DNA from: an uncultured Gammaproteobacteria bacterium
Lineage (GTDB): Bacteria > Patescibacteriota > Microgenomatia > Levybacterales > UBA12049
Direction of reading: 5' to 3'
Length of the DNA stretch: 64,000 nt
Assembly (NCBI GenBank): GCA_964497535.1
Contig: CAZCCG010000004.1
Coordinates: 15,218-79,217, forward strand
Shown here: one piece after another, positions 49,341 to 59,215 of the stretch
How the letters are laid out: every line of letters starts with the position of its first letter
How positions within the stretch are numbered: position 1 is the first letter of the stretch
Translations under genes and position numbers: made by a program
Notes under the pieces: generated by a model
Told to the model about the DNA's origin: nothing
The model's input: only the letters and a program-made list of their open reading frames with translations
Database searches by the model: none

Positions 49341-50594
49341 TTATTGAGAAATTGACGAAGTTATTTTATCTTTTCCCATGTATTTTTGTAAAACTTGAGG
49401 AACTATTACCGATCCATCTTTCTGTTGGTAATTTTCCAAAATAGCAATAATTGTTCTACCAATTGCAAAAGCTGTACCATTTAATATTTGGATGTATTTC
49501 TTTTCCATACCATCTTGGTATTTAATATTAAACCTCCTCGATTGGAAATCAGTAACAGTTGAAACAGAAGTTACCTCACGATATTTATTTTGTCCGGGCA
49601 TCCATGCTTCAATATCATATTTACGCGCTGCAGGAAATCCTAAATCTCCTGTACACATCTTTATTACTTGATAAGGTATATCCAATGCTTGAAATAACTT
49701 TTCTTCCAAAGAGAGCAGATATTCATGTTCTTTATCATCCTCACCTTCCGCAACAAAAGAAACCATTTCTATTTTGTCGAATTGGTGAACACGTAAGATA
49801 CCACGAGTATCTTTTCCATAAGTCCCTGCTTCTCTTCTAAAAGCGGAAGAAAAACCAACATATCGTTTTGGCAAACTTTTTTTAGGTAATACTTCATTCA
49901 TAAGCATTGGAACAATGGCGTGCTCTGCTGTTCCTACTAAATAAAATTCTTTTTTTTCTCCTGTATCATTCACATAATAGTAATCTTCATTGCCGCCGGC
50001 CTGCCAATATCCAAGCCCTTGAGTAATATCTTTCTGAATTAGAACAGGAGGGATAATTGGAATAAATTCTTCTTTTAGTAAAGTCTCCAAAGCAAATTGA
50101 ACTAATGCGAACTCTAACAAGACCGCATCATTTTTTAAGTAAGCAAATCTGGTCCCTGACACTTTTGCGGCAGTTTTGACATCAATAATATCCAATGCTT
50201 CCCCCAGTTCTAAGTGGTCTTTTGGTAGAAAGTTAAAATGAGGCGGTTCTTTAAATTTTCTAATTACTTCATTTCCAGAATCATCTTTACCCACCGTGAC
50301 ATCTTTTTTTGCCAGATTGGGTATTTTCAAAAGCTCCTGATGAAGCTCTTCTTTTAAATCTGCTAAATCTTTTTCTTTTTTATCCAGGGTATTTTTTAAT
50401 TCTCTCCCTTTTTCTATATTTTTTTCTTTAGCATATATATTTCTTTCTTGTTGCAGTTGTTGGACTTGAGTATTGAAACTTCTATACTCAGTATCAAGAT
50501 GAAGAATGTGATCAATGTTTACCACAATACCCTTATCTCTCGCAGATCTTTGGACAAGAGATGGGTTTTCTCTTATAAATTGAATATCTATCAT
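49341..50594 (-). CDS. serS: Seryl-tRNA synthetase
   Basis: MIDIQFIREN start, GTAE, FRREAG, RVHQFDKIE, LNGT; the longer ORF start lies in a repeat. Confidence 0.97.
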   Translation of the reverse strand: MIDIQFIRENPSLVQRSARDKGIVVNIDHILHLDTEYRSFNTQVQQLQQERNIYAKEKNIEKGRELKNTLDKKEKDLADLKEELHQELLKIPNLAKKDVTVGKDDSGNEVIRKFKEPPHFNFLPKDHLELGEALDIIDVKTAAKVSGTRFAYLKNDAVLLEFALVQFALETLLKEEFIPIIPPVLIQKDITQGLGYWQAGGNEDYYYVNDTGEKKEFYLVGTAEHAIVPMLMNEVLPKKSLPKRYVGFSSAFRREAGTYGKDTRGILRVHQFDKIEMVSFVAEGEDDKEHEYLLSLEEKLFQALDIPYQVIKMCTGDLGFPAARKYDIEAWMPGQNKYREVTSVSTVTDFQSRRFNIKYQDGMEKKYIQILNGTAFAIGRTIIAILENYQQKDGSVIVPQVLQKYMGKDKITSSISQ

Positions 50595-50603
50595 AATGAA
50601 ATT

Positions 50604-50660
50604 GTTCTGTGTTCTGAGTTCGTAGTTCATTGTTTCCTCTGAACCATGAACCCATAACTC
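50604..50660. repeat. 7-nt-periodic imperfect palindrome, family B copy 2
   Basis: gttctgt gttctga gttcgta gttcat...gaaccat gaaccc; inverse homolog of 8275-8327. Confidence 0.65.
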
Positions 50661-50661
50661 A

Positions 50662-51282
50662 TTACTTATTTGTTAATTCAAGAATCTTTTTCACCGTGGG
50701 TTTAATTTTTACCACTGCTTTATATCTGTGATTATACTCTGCCATTTCTTCTTTGGTCAATTCACTTTCATGATAATGCTTCTCAAGCGTTGGTAAATAG
50801 AAAAATGAACGATATGGATACCCTTGTAATAATTTTAAATTTGGTTGTTTGGAAATAATGCCTGAAACCGATCCTATTTCGCTCCATACTGTTCCATCCG
50901 GTAACGCAAATGAGATATACAATTTAAATTCGGCTCCTCTATTATCATCAGAAAGTCCTGAAGCAACTTTCTTCATATGCTCAACGAGATCTTCATCAGT
51001 AGTATGAGGACCAAGCCACCGATGGCTTTTGAGCCCCGGTGCACCACCAAGTGCCTTAATTTCCAATCCTCCGTCATCTGAGATTGCAGGTAAACCACTT
51101 TTTTCTGCGTAGGTTTTTGCTTTCAACTCTGCATTTTCCTGATAAGTTTTCCCTGTTTCTTCAACATCCAAATCTATACCTACATCTGTTAAAGAAACAA
51201 GCTCAAGAGGAAGATCTGAGAAAAAATCTTTATACTCACGCAGCTTACCCGGATTGGTTGTACCAATAAGAAGTTTTTTCAT
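50662..51282 (-). CDS. rdgB: Non-canonical purine NTP pyrophosphatase (RdgB/HAM1 family)
   Basis: T.NPGKL.E, EETG.TY.ENA.LKA, DDGGL, GGAPG; SHR motif reads NHR. Confidence 0.85.
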   Translation of the reverse strand: MKKLLIGTTNPGKLREYKDFFSDLPLELVSLTDVGIDLDVEETGKTYQENAELKAKTYAEKSGLPAISDDGGLEIKALGGAPGLKSHRWLGPHTTDEDLVEHMKKVASGLSDDNRGAEFKLYISFALPDGTVWSEIGSVSGIISKQPNLKLLQGYPYRSFFYLPTLEKHYHESELTKEEMAEYNHRYKAVVKIKPTVKKILELTNK

Positions 51283-52811
51283 GAATTGGAAACATCTATA
51301 AATCTATTTTTTATAAATTCTTTGTCCAACGATAGTATGAACCATCCGGCTTTTGGTCCATGGTCTTTTCCGATCAAACTTTTGTAAATTGCCGCAAAGG
51401 CATCCTTTGATGGTATATCTAATTCTTTTGCCCATTCAAATAGTTGTTTTTGTAAATCATCTGCATTCCAATCTTTATTTAATTCATCAGCAACCTTTTT
51501 TAGATATTCTTTTTGTTTTTCTGTTACATTTTTCGCCGACTCCGGCACTTCTTGCTGAACCAGGAACTTTTCCGATTCAGGGGCATACTTCTCCACCCAG
51601 GCACGTGCATACAATGCCCAATCTTTTGCTCCTGCTTTTTCTATCTCCTCCTCCAAATTTGGCATTTGTACCCATTGGGCGAGTGTGGAAAATCTCACGT
51701 TAGGAGGTATTTTTACCTGAGTACTGACTTGTGATAGTTCAAAAACTCTTGCTAAATCTTGGTCTGTTTTATGCAAATATGCATCGGCAGCTTTTTGATA
51801 CTCGTCAAATAATTTTGGTATCGTATCTTTTTCAGATGGGTCAAAATTTGTTTGTTGCCGGATATCCATCTTTACAATAAGAAAACGGATCAGTTCAGGG
51901 GGAAGAATCGTCAACATATCTCCTGCGCTAAATCCTCTCCCTTTTGAAGAAGACATTTTTTTACCACCAATAAGCATAAACTCATAGCTAATTGGATACG
52001 GAACCGGATAATGCAAAATACGTTGGGCAACCAACGTAGCAAGATCATGTGAACCTCCTGCACTCATATGATCCTTTCCTGCTCCTTCAACTGTTACACC
52101 AATTGCTTGCCATTTGACAGGCCATTCAACTTTCCATGGCATTTTTCCTTTCATACCTGACTCATTACTAAAGGGAGAGGTTTTCCCTTCATAATCGCAT
52201 CCCTTTGTCCAATTTGTTGCATCCACCGGACAACGATAATATACATACTCACCATCCCAATTATAGACACGTGTTGTTGAAACTTTACCGCATGATTCAC
52301 AATATACTTGGAATGGATACCAGTCTTTGGCAATTTCTTTTTTGTATAATTCCCGGTAGATATCTCTTACTTTTTCAGCATTATCAAGTATTGTTTTAAT
52401 GCCTGCATTCATTTTACCGCTCGTATACAAATCTTTTGTCCAGAGAATCTGGGGATCAGAACCAATGGTATTGAATACTTTTTTAAATTCAAGAGCATAA
52501 TACTGGGCAAAATCCTTATAACCCTCAACAGGAGATGGAATCATAAAAAGCGGCATACCCAGGTATTTTTCAAATTCTTCTTTGGGAAGATATGACGGGA
52601 TATCATCCATTGGGTCATGGTTTTCAAAAACATAGGTGTATTTTGCTTTTACTCCCTGAGCCAGTAAGGCTTTATAGACCAGATCATGAAACACCACACC
52701 AAATAAAGCCCCAACATGGACTCTTCCGGAAGGAGTTTTCATATCATCTACCCACTCAAGTGGTAGCTTTCTTTCTTTTAAATCTAATGCAACTTTATCA
52801 GCCCAAAACAT
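51279..52811 (-). CDS. lysS: Lysyl-tRNA synthetase, class I
   Basis: FWAD, TPSG.VHVG, WKVEWP, GKDH, KMSSSKG, GPKAG. Confidence 0.95.
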   Translation of the reverse strand: MFWADKVALDLKERKLPLEWVDDMKTPSGRVHVGALFGVVFHDLVYKALLAQGVKAKYTYVFENHDPMDDIPSYLPKEEFEKYLGMPLFMIPSPVEGYKDFAQYYALEFKKVFNTIGSDPQILWTKDLYTSGKMNAGIKTILDNAEKVRDIYRELYKKEIAKDWYPFQVYCESCGKVSTTRVYNWDGEYVYYRCPVDATNWTKGCDYEGKTSPFSNESGMKGKMPWKVEWPVKWQAIGVTVEGAGKDHMSAGGSHDLATLVAQRILHYPVPYPISYEFMLIGGKKMSSSKGRGFSAGDMLTILPPELIRFLIVKMDIRQQTNFDPSEKDTIPKLFDEYQKAADAYLHKTDQDLARVFELSQVSTQVKIPPNVRFSTLAQWVQMPNLEEEIEKAGAKDWALYARAWVEKYAPESEKFLVQQEVPESAKNVTEKQKEYLKKVADELNKDWNADDLQKQLFEWAKELDIPSKDAFAAIYKSLIGKDHGPKAGWFILSLDKEFIKNRFIDVSNS

Positions 52812-52830
52812 AATGTAATGATATCACCTT

Positions 52831-54186
52831 CTATCTTATAAATGCACCATACAGAGCACGAACGGTACGGCTAATGTCTTCTTCAGGAACTGCGATAACA
52901 ATACTATTTCCATGAATCCTTTGTATCTGAGCAGAAACATTGATTTGTGCTTCATCAAGAGCTGTATAGAGTAATCTATTTATATGAGTTGCACGACTTG
53001 GTATGCCTTGCCCAACTATGGATACTAATCCAATTCCTGTTACAATCGAAATATTGTCAGGTGCTATGCCTCTACGAATTTCATCCATAACCTCTTGTTC
53101 ATTTCCTCCAACAGCTTCTGTACTTACTACAACAGACATTTCATCTTCTCCGGTAGGAACATGCTCAAAAGGGATACCTTTTTCATGGAATGCCTTTAGT
53201 ACCGCTTCCCCAATTCCCTCTTGCGCATTCATTCCATACTTTTCGACTTGAAAAGACTCAAAACCTCCTTTAGCCGCAATACCAACAATGTTTTCGTGAG
53301 GCAAACACTCTCTGTTGCGTACAATCATTGTCCCTGGATGAGCTGGGTTAAATGTATTACGAATATTTATTGGTATTCCAATCTCAGCAACCGGTAAAAT
53401 TGAATCCATTTGTAAAACTTCTGTTCCTCTTTGTCCCATTTCTCTTATTTCTGCATATGTCATTTCGTTGACTAATCGTGCATCAGGAATTATTCGGGGA
53501 TCTACCATACTAATTCCTGACACATCTGTCCAATTCTCATATAATACCCCTTCATTTCCTTCTTGGCTTGCCACTCCCCGTGCAATTACTGCTCCTGTAA
53601 TATCTGACCCCCCCCGCGCAAAACATTTAATAACTCTGTCTCGCGTTTTACCATAAAATCCAGGAATTACATACACAGTACCCGGGGATAATTGTTCTTT
53701 CATAGTTTCATACGTACTTGGGTCGACCTCTCCATTTTCTTTTAATGTTATTAAGCGTGCAGCATCTACAAATGCTCCTCCCATAAACTCTGCAAATACT
53801 TGTGCAGTTACCCATTCTCCTCGTGAAGCAATCCAGTCGCGAGTCTGTTCTTGAGCAATCCCTTCTTGTACTGTATTTAACCACCCCACAACAGAGGAGT
53901 GACACTCCAACTCTCTTCCAATCCCCTCAAATCTTTCCGAAACATGTGTAAATGCCTCATCAAATGGCATACCCTGTTCAATACAGCTATTACACGCCAA
54001 AAGTAAATCTGTAACTTTGTTGTCTTCCGGATTCCGTTTACCCGGAGCAGATACAATAACATATCTTCTATCAGTCTCTGCCTGAACAATTTCTACTACC
54101 TGTCGGATTCTTTCTCCATCTGCTAAGGAGCTCCCACCAAATTTTGCCACGATTGGCCCTCTCGGACCTTCTTCAATACCTCTCAT
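52831..54186 (-). CDS. lysC: Aspartate kinase
   Basis: KFGGSSLAD, VSAPGKR, KVTDLL, RGGSDITG, NWTDVSG, DPRI; C-terminal ACT domains. Confidence 0.92.
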   Translation of the reverse strand: MRGIEEGPRGPIVAKFGGSSLADGERIRQVVEIVQAETDRRYVIVSAPGKRNPEDNKVTDLLLACNSCIEQGMPFDEAFTHVSERFEGIGRELECHSSVVGWLNTVQEGIAQEQTRDWIASRGEWVTAQVFAEFMGGAFVDAARLITLKENGEVDPSTYETMKEQLSPGTVYVIPGFYGKTRDRVIKCFARGGSDITGAVIARGVASQEGNEGVLYENWTDVSGISMVDPRIIPDARLVNEMTYAEIREMGQRGTEVLQMDSILPVAEIGIPINIRNTFNPAHPGTMIVRNRECLPHENIVGIAAKGGFESFQVEKYGMNAQEGIGEAVLKAFHEKGIPFEHVPTGEDEMSVVVSTEAVGGNEQEVMDEIRRGIAPDNISIVTGIGLVSIVGQGIPSRATHINRLLYTALDEAQINVSAQIQRIHGNSIVIAVPEEDISRTVRALYGAFIR

Positions 54187-54191
54187 ACACT

Positions 54192-54212
54192 AAAAAACCC
54201 CTCTGCGAGGGG
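54192..54212 (-). terminator. Attenuator terminator upstream of aspartokinase
   Basis: Minus strand cccctc-gca-gagggg-tttttt, ending 5 nt before the lysC ATG. Confidence 0.8.
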
Positions 54213-54244
54213 CGTCTTCTGTCTATTTCACGCAGAAAAACCCC

Positions 54245-54292
54245 TTAGAAGGGTTGTTTCTTGGACGTTTTGGTAATAAATATGCTATTCAT
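54245..54292 (-). CDS. Putative attenuator leader peptide MNSIFITKTSKKQPF
   Basis: 15 codons rich in Ile/Thr/Lys, stop inside the first of three mutually exclusive hairpins. Confidence 0.7.
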   Translation of the reverse strand: MNSIFITKTSKKQPF

Positions 54293-54295
54293 ATA

Positions 54296-54772
54296 TTATT
54301 CTATTTCTACTACTGTATATAATATTTTTCCTGCCGGTGCTTCTACTTCTACTTTTTCTCCAATTTCTTTTCCTATGAGAGATTTTCCCAGCGGTGATTC
54401 ATGGGAGATCTTTTTTTCAGCAGGATCTGCTTCCCACTCTCCTACAACCATATATATTTCTTTTTTTCCATCCCGTTTTACCGTCACTTTTGACCCTAAT
54501 TGAATTGCCTTGCCAGCCTTTCCGGTAGTTCTCTCTTCCTGGATGACAACCGCTTGTTTTAATAATTCTTCCAGTTCATCAATCCTACCATCAATAAAGG
54601 ATAGCTCATCGCGTGCTGCAACATATTCTGCATTTTCGGATAAATCACCCATGTTGCGTGCATCAGTAACACGATTGACAACCTCGGGGCGTTTTACTTT
54701 AGTAAGTTCATCGTGTTCTTTTTTAAGAGACTCAAGACCTTCGGCTGTAAGATAAATTTTCTTATTTGTCAT
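54296..54772 (-). CDS. greA: Transcription elongation factor GreA
   Basis: YLT.EG, GDLSENAEY, IS.ESPLGK.L. Confidence 0.96.
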   Translation of the reverse strand: MTNKKIYLTAEGLESLKKEHDELTKVKRPEVVNRVTDARNMGDLSENAEYVAARDELSFIDGRIDELEELLKQAVVIQEERTTGKAGKAIQLGSKVTVKRDGKKEIYMVVGEWEADPAEKKISHESPLGKSLIGKEIGEKVEVEAPAGKILYTVVEIE

Positions 54773-54782
54773 ATTTACAAAG

Positions 54783-54861
54783 AAAGTCCTCTTTTTATCA
54801 AGGGACTTTTCCGCTATAAATTAGCCTAGTGCATAGTATAGTATGAAATATTTTTTGTCAA
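54783..54861 (-). promoter_or_regulatory. greA promoter and leader hairpin
   Basis: Minus strand TTGACA-17-TACTAT (54861-54833), then hairpin aaagtcc..ggacttt with ctttgt tail before ATG. Confidence 0.6.
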
Positions 54862-55766
54862 TAACCTCTAGTATGACCAGCCTCAAATTCTATCTTATAG
54901 GACTTTGAATGCAGCTTCCGTACTATCGACTGGTATTTGTTTAAACTATATGTTCGATAGTCAAACGGATGAAAAGCAAGCAGAGTATCCGATATAGTTT
55001 CATTGGTAATTCCTTTTTTCATATACCAATATTGAATTTTTTTAGCAATGGGTTCCAATAGTAGCGCTCCGTGTAATAGAATGGAATTTTTATGAGGCTT
55101 TTTAAAAAATGGTGTACTAAAGGCCCTGGCATTTGGTAAATAGACTTGTGTCCATCTGTTCTTTTCAAAGAATCGTTTATATACATCAGAACGTTCAAAC
55201 AAAGGAACCATTTGAGTAATTTCATGTGCCGTAAAAAGATCATGTCTTTTTTTTGGAAGTTGCATGGAATCTTGCGTGACAAGCATATTCACACATATTT
55301 TATTTGAGGTATGCTTTCCCAGTTTTTTCCGTCTTTTTCCCAAAAATTCCAAAACTATGAGTAGTAAGAAACGGCTGATCCATAATGCCCTTGGATACGT
55401 AATAATAAAAAAATCAATATCGTCGTTTTCCGAAGCATTGTGGATAGCAACTCCTCCACTTAATCCTATAAAACTAATTGTAGGAATCGCACTTAGTAAG
55501 CGTGCTACCTTTTTTGCTTTATAATATTTTTCTTGGCTTATTTTTTCTCTTTGTAACCGCTTTTTAACAATAGATTCACTCCCTTTAAGCATATAATACC
55601 CTTGTTGATAGGAAACAACGGAGGAAACCTGGGTAAGAGCTTTCTTCAATGCACGTTTTGAATAGAATTTATCTGCTATCAGATATCTCCATAATTCATC
55701 TTCATTTAAAGGAAAATGAAAAATACCGGCATAGATAAGGGTTTGAAGAATGAGACTACCGTCCAT
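54858..55766 (-). CDS. Hypothetical protein with nucleotidyltransferase-like motif
   Basis: GLSGGVA....DDIDFFII resembles the GS..DxD NTase signature; WISR, KICVN, TAHEI. Confidence 0.65.
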   Translation of the reverse strand: MDGSLILQTLIYAGIFHFPLNEDELWRYLIADKFYSKRALKKALTQVSSVVSYQQGYYMLKGSESIVKKRLQREKISQEKYYKAKKVARLLSAIPTISFIGLSGGVAIHNASENDDIDFFIITYPRALWISRFLLLIVLEFLGKRRKKLGKHTSNKICVNMLVTQDSMQLPKKRHDLFTAHEITQMVPLFERSDVYKRFFEKNRWTQVYLPNARAFSTPFFKKPHKNSILLHGALLLEPIAKKIQYWYMKKGITNETISDTLLAFHPFDYRTYSLNKYQSIVRKLHSKSYKIEFEAGHTRGY

Positions 55767-57243
55767 ATTGGTTCAATACGGAGTTTACTCCTTGAGCAAG
55801 AGTTGCAACTACAGTCTGCACTGAAGAATTACTCAGCAATGAGTTAATAGCATTTTCCATATATCCATTGAGGACAGCATTAAAGCTATCTTCCGCCTTT
55901 GCATTTACCTGAATAAAAGGAGAAGAAACAGCAGTAGCCGCCTGACTTACAAAAGGTGCTACAAGTGGATTGTCTTTCACGCTGGCCGCTAAATCAGTCC
56001 GGGCATACGGCTCGCCAAATAAGCGGGTTTTTGATTCTTCCGCGAATAATTTCTGCTCTGTTTCTTTCTGAGTAAGATATTTCATGAAAAGTAAGGCTTC
56101 CTTTTGATGTTTGCTTTTTGCAGATACCCCCTCTACCCAATAGCTGGCTATTGTCATGTCGCGTCCCGGTAAATGAGGCACCGGATATACTCCGAAATTC
56201 AAGTTGGGATTCATACTTTTTATCGTAAATATATCCCATGAGTATCCTAAGTACATTGCAAGATTCCCTTTGGAAAACGCAATAATAGATTCATCAAGTG
56301 TATCATTCCAAACGTTATTTGAACTTTTTGCAAAACCCGTATAATACTCAAATGCTTTTTGAGCATTGGCAGATGTAGCGGTAAAATCGGTAAATTTTGC
56401 TCCGGATTGCGCTAGAAATAAGGAAATAATATCAGGTGCATGGGTAATGTTGCTATAAGTACCCAGTGCAGCACCGGCTGTTTTTATTTTACCATCACTA
56501 TCTTTTACTGTCATTTCCTGTGCAGCTCGTGTAAAATCATTCCAATCAGTTGGAACTTGTCTTCCGCTTGCCTTGAGAATATCCTCATTAACAAAAAGTG
56601 CCAGATTATCAATTTCAATAGGAATTCCATAAATCGCGCCATTTTTTACAAGATCGGAATATGCAACAGGATAGAAATTTGTTTTGAACTCTGCTGGCGT
56701 AATCACGTCCGATGACATGGGAAGTAAAATCCCGGATAGTGGCAAAACCCAGGTATTATGGAAACGGAAAATATCAGGACCGGTACCGTTTTTAACCCGG
56801 GTAAGAAGGCGCTGCTGATATTGATCACTATCCTGCTGTACATACTCTATCGTAATAGTAGGATATTTATGCCCAAAGTCTGAAATAATACTCTGCATTG
56901 TATTTTTATCTTCCCATAACCCCCAATAGGTAAGTGTTACCTTTTCAGGTTTTTTATTGAAGAATGAAGAAACCCCAGAGATTATTAAAAAAAGTAATCC
57001 ACCCGCAATCAACACAGCAACTATTCCTATCAATAGTTTTTTTATTGGAAATGATGAAGGAGGAGATGGTGGAGGCATTGACGGCGGAGGTGATGACACA
57101 ACAGGAGGAGATGGTGGCACAGCCGCAGCTTCTTGAGGCTGTCTACTATCAGGCTCTGGCTGCAGTTGTACCGGTGGTGTACTGGTTGAAGCCGCACTCG
57201 GTGCAGCTTGCTGATTTTTTGAGGGATATAAATTATCATCCAT
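55756..57243 (-). CDS. Extracellular solute-binding protein (sugar ABC family 1), membrane-anchored
   Basis: Pro-rich N-terminus, TM, LTYWGLWE, GPDIFRFHNTW, IYGIP; start reassigned to MDDNL. Confidence 0.85.
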   Translation of the reverse strand: MDDNLYPSKNQQAAPSAASTSTPPVQLQPEPDSRQPQEAAAVPPSPPVVSSPPPSMPPPSPPSSFPIKKLLIGIVAVLIAGGLLFLIISGVSSFFNKKPEKVTLTYWGLWEDKNTMQSIISDFGHKYPTITIEYVQQDSDQYQQRLLTRVKNGTGPDIFRFHNTWVLPLSGILLPMSSDVITPAEFKTNFYPVAYSDLVKNGAIYGIPIEIDNLALFVNEDILKASGRQVPTDWNDFTRAAQEMTVKDSDGKIKTAGAALGTYSNITHAPDIISLFLAQSGAKFTDFTATSANAQKAFEYYTGFAKSSNNVWNDTLDESIIAFSKGNLAMYLGYSWDIFTIKSMNPNLNFGVYPVPHLPGRDMTIASYWVEGVSAKSKHQKEALLFMKYLTQKETEQKLFAEESKTRLFGEPYARTDLAASVKDNPLVAPFVSQAATAVSSPFIQVNAKAEDSFNAVLNGYMENAINSLLSNSSVQTVVATLAQGVNSVLNQYGR

Positions 57244-57269
57244 AGCTAATACTACATTTATAGTATAAT

Positions 57270-58706
57270 ATGAGCGAAGAATCAATGAAACAAGTTATTT
57301 TTATCCACAAGAAATACATTGCCCCAAAATTACGAGTATTTTTTTGGTTTTCCACCGGAGCACTTCTTGGACTCTTTTTTTTGGTAAGTTTTGCTTTTAT
57401 TTATTTCGAAAAGACATACTCCAATCAAATCTATCCTGGTATTATGGTCAACGGAACAAACTTTGGCGGGAAAACAAAAGATGCTGTTGAAACATTTTAT
57501 GCTAAAAAAAATAAATCAATTGAAAACACAAAATTTGTATTTCAAATTATGGACAGCCAAGCTTCAATTTCGGCTAAAGACTTAAAATTGGGATATGACG
57601 AAAAGCTTTTAGCAAATCAGGCTTACAGTATTGGCCGTTCGGATAATGCATTTTCCAACATCAGCTTGATTATGCAAGCGTATCTGAATGGTCTTAATCT
57701 TCCTCCTTCTTATAAATACTCTCAAAATGCATTGGATACAGTATTGTTACCCCTCAAAAAAGACCTGACAGTTGCTCCTGTGGATGCTCTTTTTACATTT
57801 GAAAATGGAAAAGTGACAGCATTTCGACCTTCGTCAAACGGACAAGAACCAGACATACAATCTGTACAAACAAAAATCTCATCCCTGATACCTACTTTGT
57901 TTTATGAAAGGAACCCTCAATTGGTTAAGCTTACCATTCCTATCAAAGATGTAAAACCTTCAGTATCAACAGATGAAGTAAATTCATTTGGTATCCGAGA
58001 ACTCATTGGAACCGGAACATCTCTTTTTCAAGGTTCATCTGATACTCGAATTTTCAATGTTACCCTCGCATCCAGTAAAGTAAATGGGGTATTAATCCCA
58101 CCCAACGAAACATTTTCATTTAATAAGGTCTTAGGAGATATCTCATCGTTCACGGGATTTAAGCAAGCATATGTTATAGAGAATGGTAAAACAGTACTGG
58201 GTGACGGTGGAGGAGTATGCCAAGTATCAACCACGCTCTTTCGTGCAGTTTTAGATGCAGGGCTTCCTATTGTCGAACGCCATGCCCATGCGTATAGGGT
58301 ACATTACTATGAGGAAGACTCACCACCCGGTATTGATGCTACTATTTATATACCAGGTGTAGATTTCAAATTCAAAAATGATACTGGACATTCAATCCTG
58401 GTTCAAAGTGTTGTTGATCCACAAACACTTCGATTAACATTTTATTTGTATGGAACAAAAGATAATCGTGAAATCAGTATGAGCCAGCCGGTTATAACTT
58501 CACAAACCCCTGCTCCGGAGCCAAGTTACCAGGATGATCCTACTCTTCCAAAAGGAACAGTCAAGCAAGTTGACTTTGCTGCAGCAGGAGCAACTATTTA
58601 TTTCACTCGTACGGTAAAAAAGAATGGAAAAACAATTATTACCGATCGTTTCGATTCAAATTTCAAACCTTGGCAAGCAGTATTTTTACGCGGCACAAAA
58701 GAATAA
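57270..58706 (+). CDS. VanW family protein with PG-binding and G5-like regions
   Basis: R..N..LA, FSFN, GGGVCQVSTT, ERHAH..RV.YYE, G.DAT; start may be 57285. Confidence 0.9.
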   Translation: MSEESMKQVIFIHKKYIAPKLRVFFWFSTGALLGLFFLVSFAFIYFEKTYSNQIYPGIMVNGTNFGGKTKDAVETFYAKKNKSIENTKFVFQIMDSQASISAKDLKLGYDEKLLANQAYSIGRSDNAFSNISLIMQAYLNGLNLPPSYKYSQNALDTVLLPLKKDLTVAPVDALFTFENGKVTAFRPSSNGQEPDIQSVQTKISSLIPTLFYERNPQLVKLTIPIKDVKPSVSTDEVNSFGIRELIGTGTSLFQGSSDTRIFNVTLASSKVNGVLIPPNETFSFNKVLGDISSFTGFKQAYVIENGKTVLGDGGGVCQVSTTLFRAVLDAGLPIVERHAHAYRVHYYEEDSPPGIDATIYIPGVDFKFKNDTGHSILVQSVVDPQTLRLTFYLYGTKDNREISMSQPVITSQTPAPEPSYQDDPTLPKGTVKQVDFAAAGATIYFTRTVKKNGKTIITDRFDSNFKPWQAVFLRGTKE

Positions 58707-58730
58707 GATAACTGAAACTTTAAGACCCGT

Positions 58731-59213
58731 ATGAGGAAACAACTCTATCTGGAAGAAGCTATATTGGTAAGTAAGAAGTTACATGATCAGGGGAAAAAAA
58801 TTGTTTTAGCAGGCGGTGTTTTTGATATTTTGCATGCTGGTCATATTGCGTTTCTTCAAAAGAGCAAAGAGGCTGCAGATATTCTTTTTGTTATGGTTGA
58901 AAATGACCAAACAGTACAACGAATAAAAGGTCCAAATCGCCCCATAAATACACAGAAGCAACGAGCAAGCATTGTTGCATCACTTCCGTCGGTTGATTTT
59001 GTAATACTATTGCCACCTTTAACTAAACATGACGAGTATGATTCACTTGTACAACATTTGAAACCTGATATAATAGCCACAACCGCCCCCGATTCACATC
59101 GGGTTCATAAAGAACGCCAAGCACAAAAATATAATGCGCGCGTTGTTGATGTGCTGAATCGGATCGGTACCATCTCAACAACACAACTTATTGCATCAAC
59201 GCATAAAAAATAA
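58731..59213 (+). CDS. Cytidylyltransferase family protein (RfaE-II/FAD synthase-like)
   Basis: GGVFDILHAGH, KG..RPI, VDFV, ISTT. Confidence 0.85.
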   Translation: MRKQLYLEEAILVSKKLHDQGKKIVLAGGVFDILHAGHIAFLQKSKEAADILFVMVENDQTVQRIKGPNRPINTQKQRASIVASLPSVDFVILLPPLTKHDEYDSLVQHLKPDIIATTAPDSHRVHKERQAQKYNARVVDVLNRIGTISTTQLIASTHKK

Positions 59214-59215
59214 TT

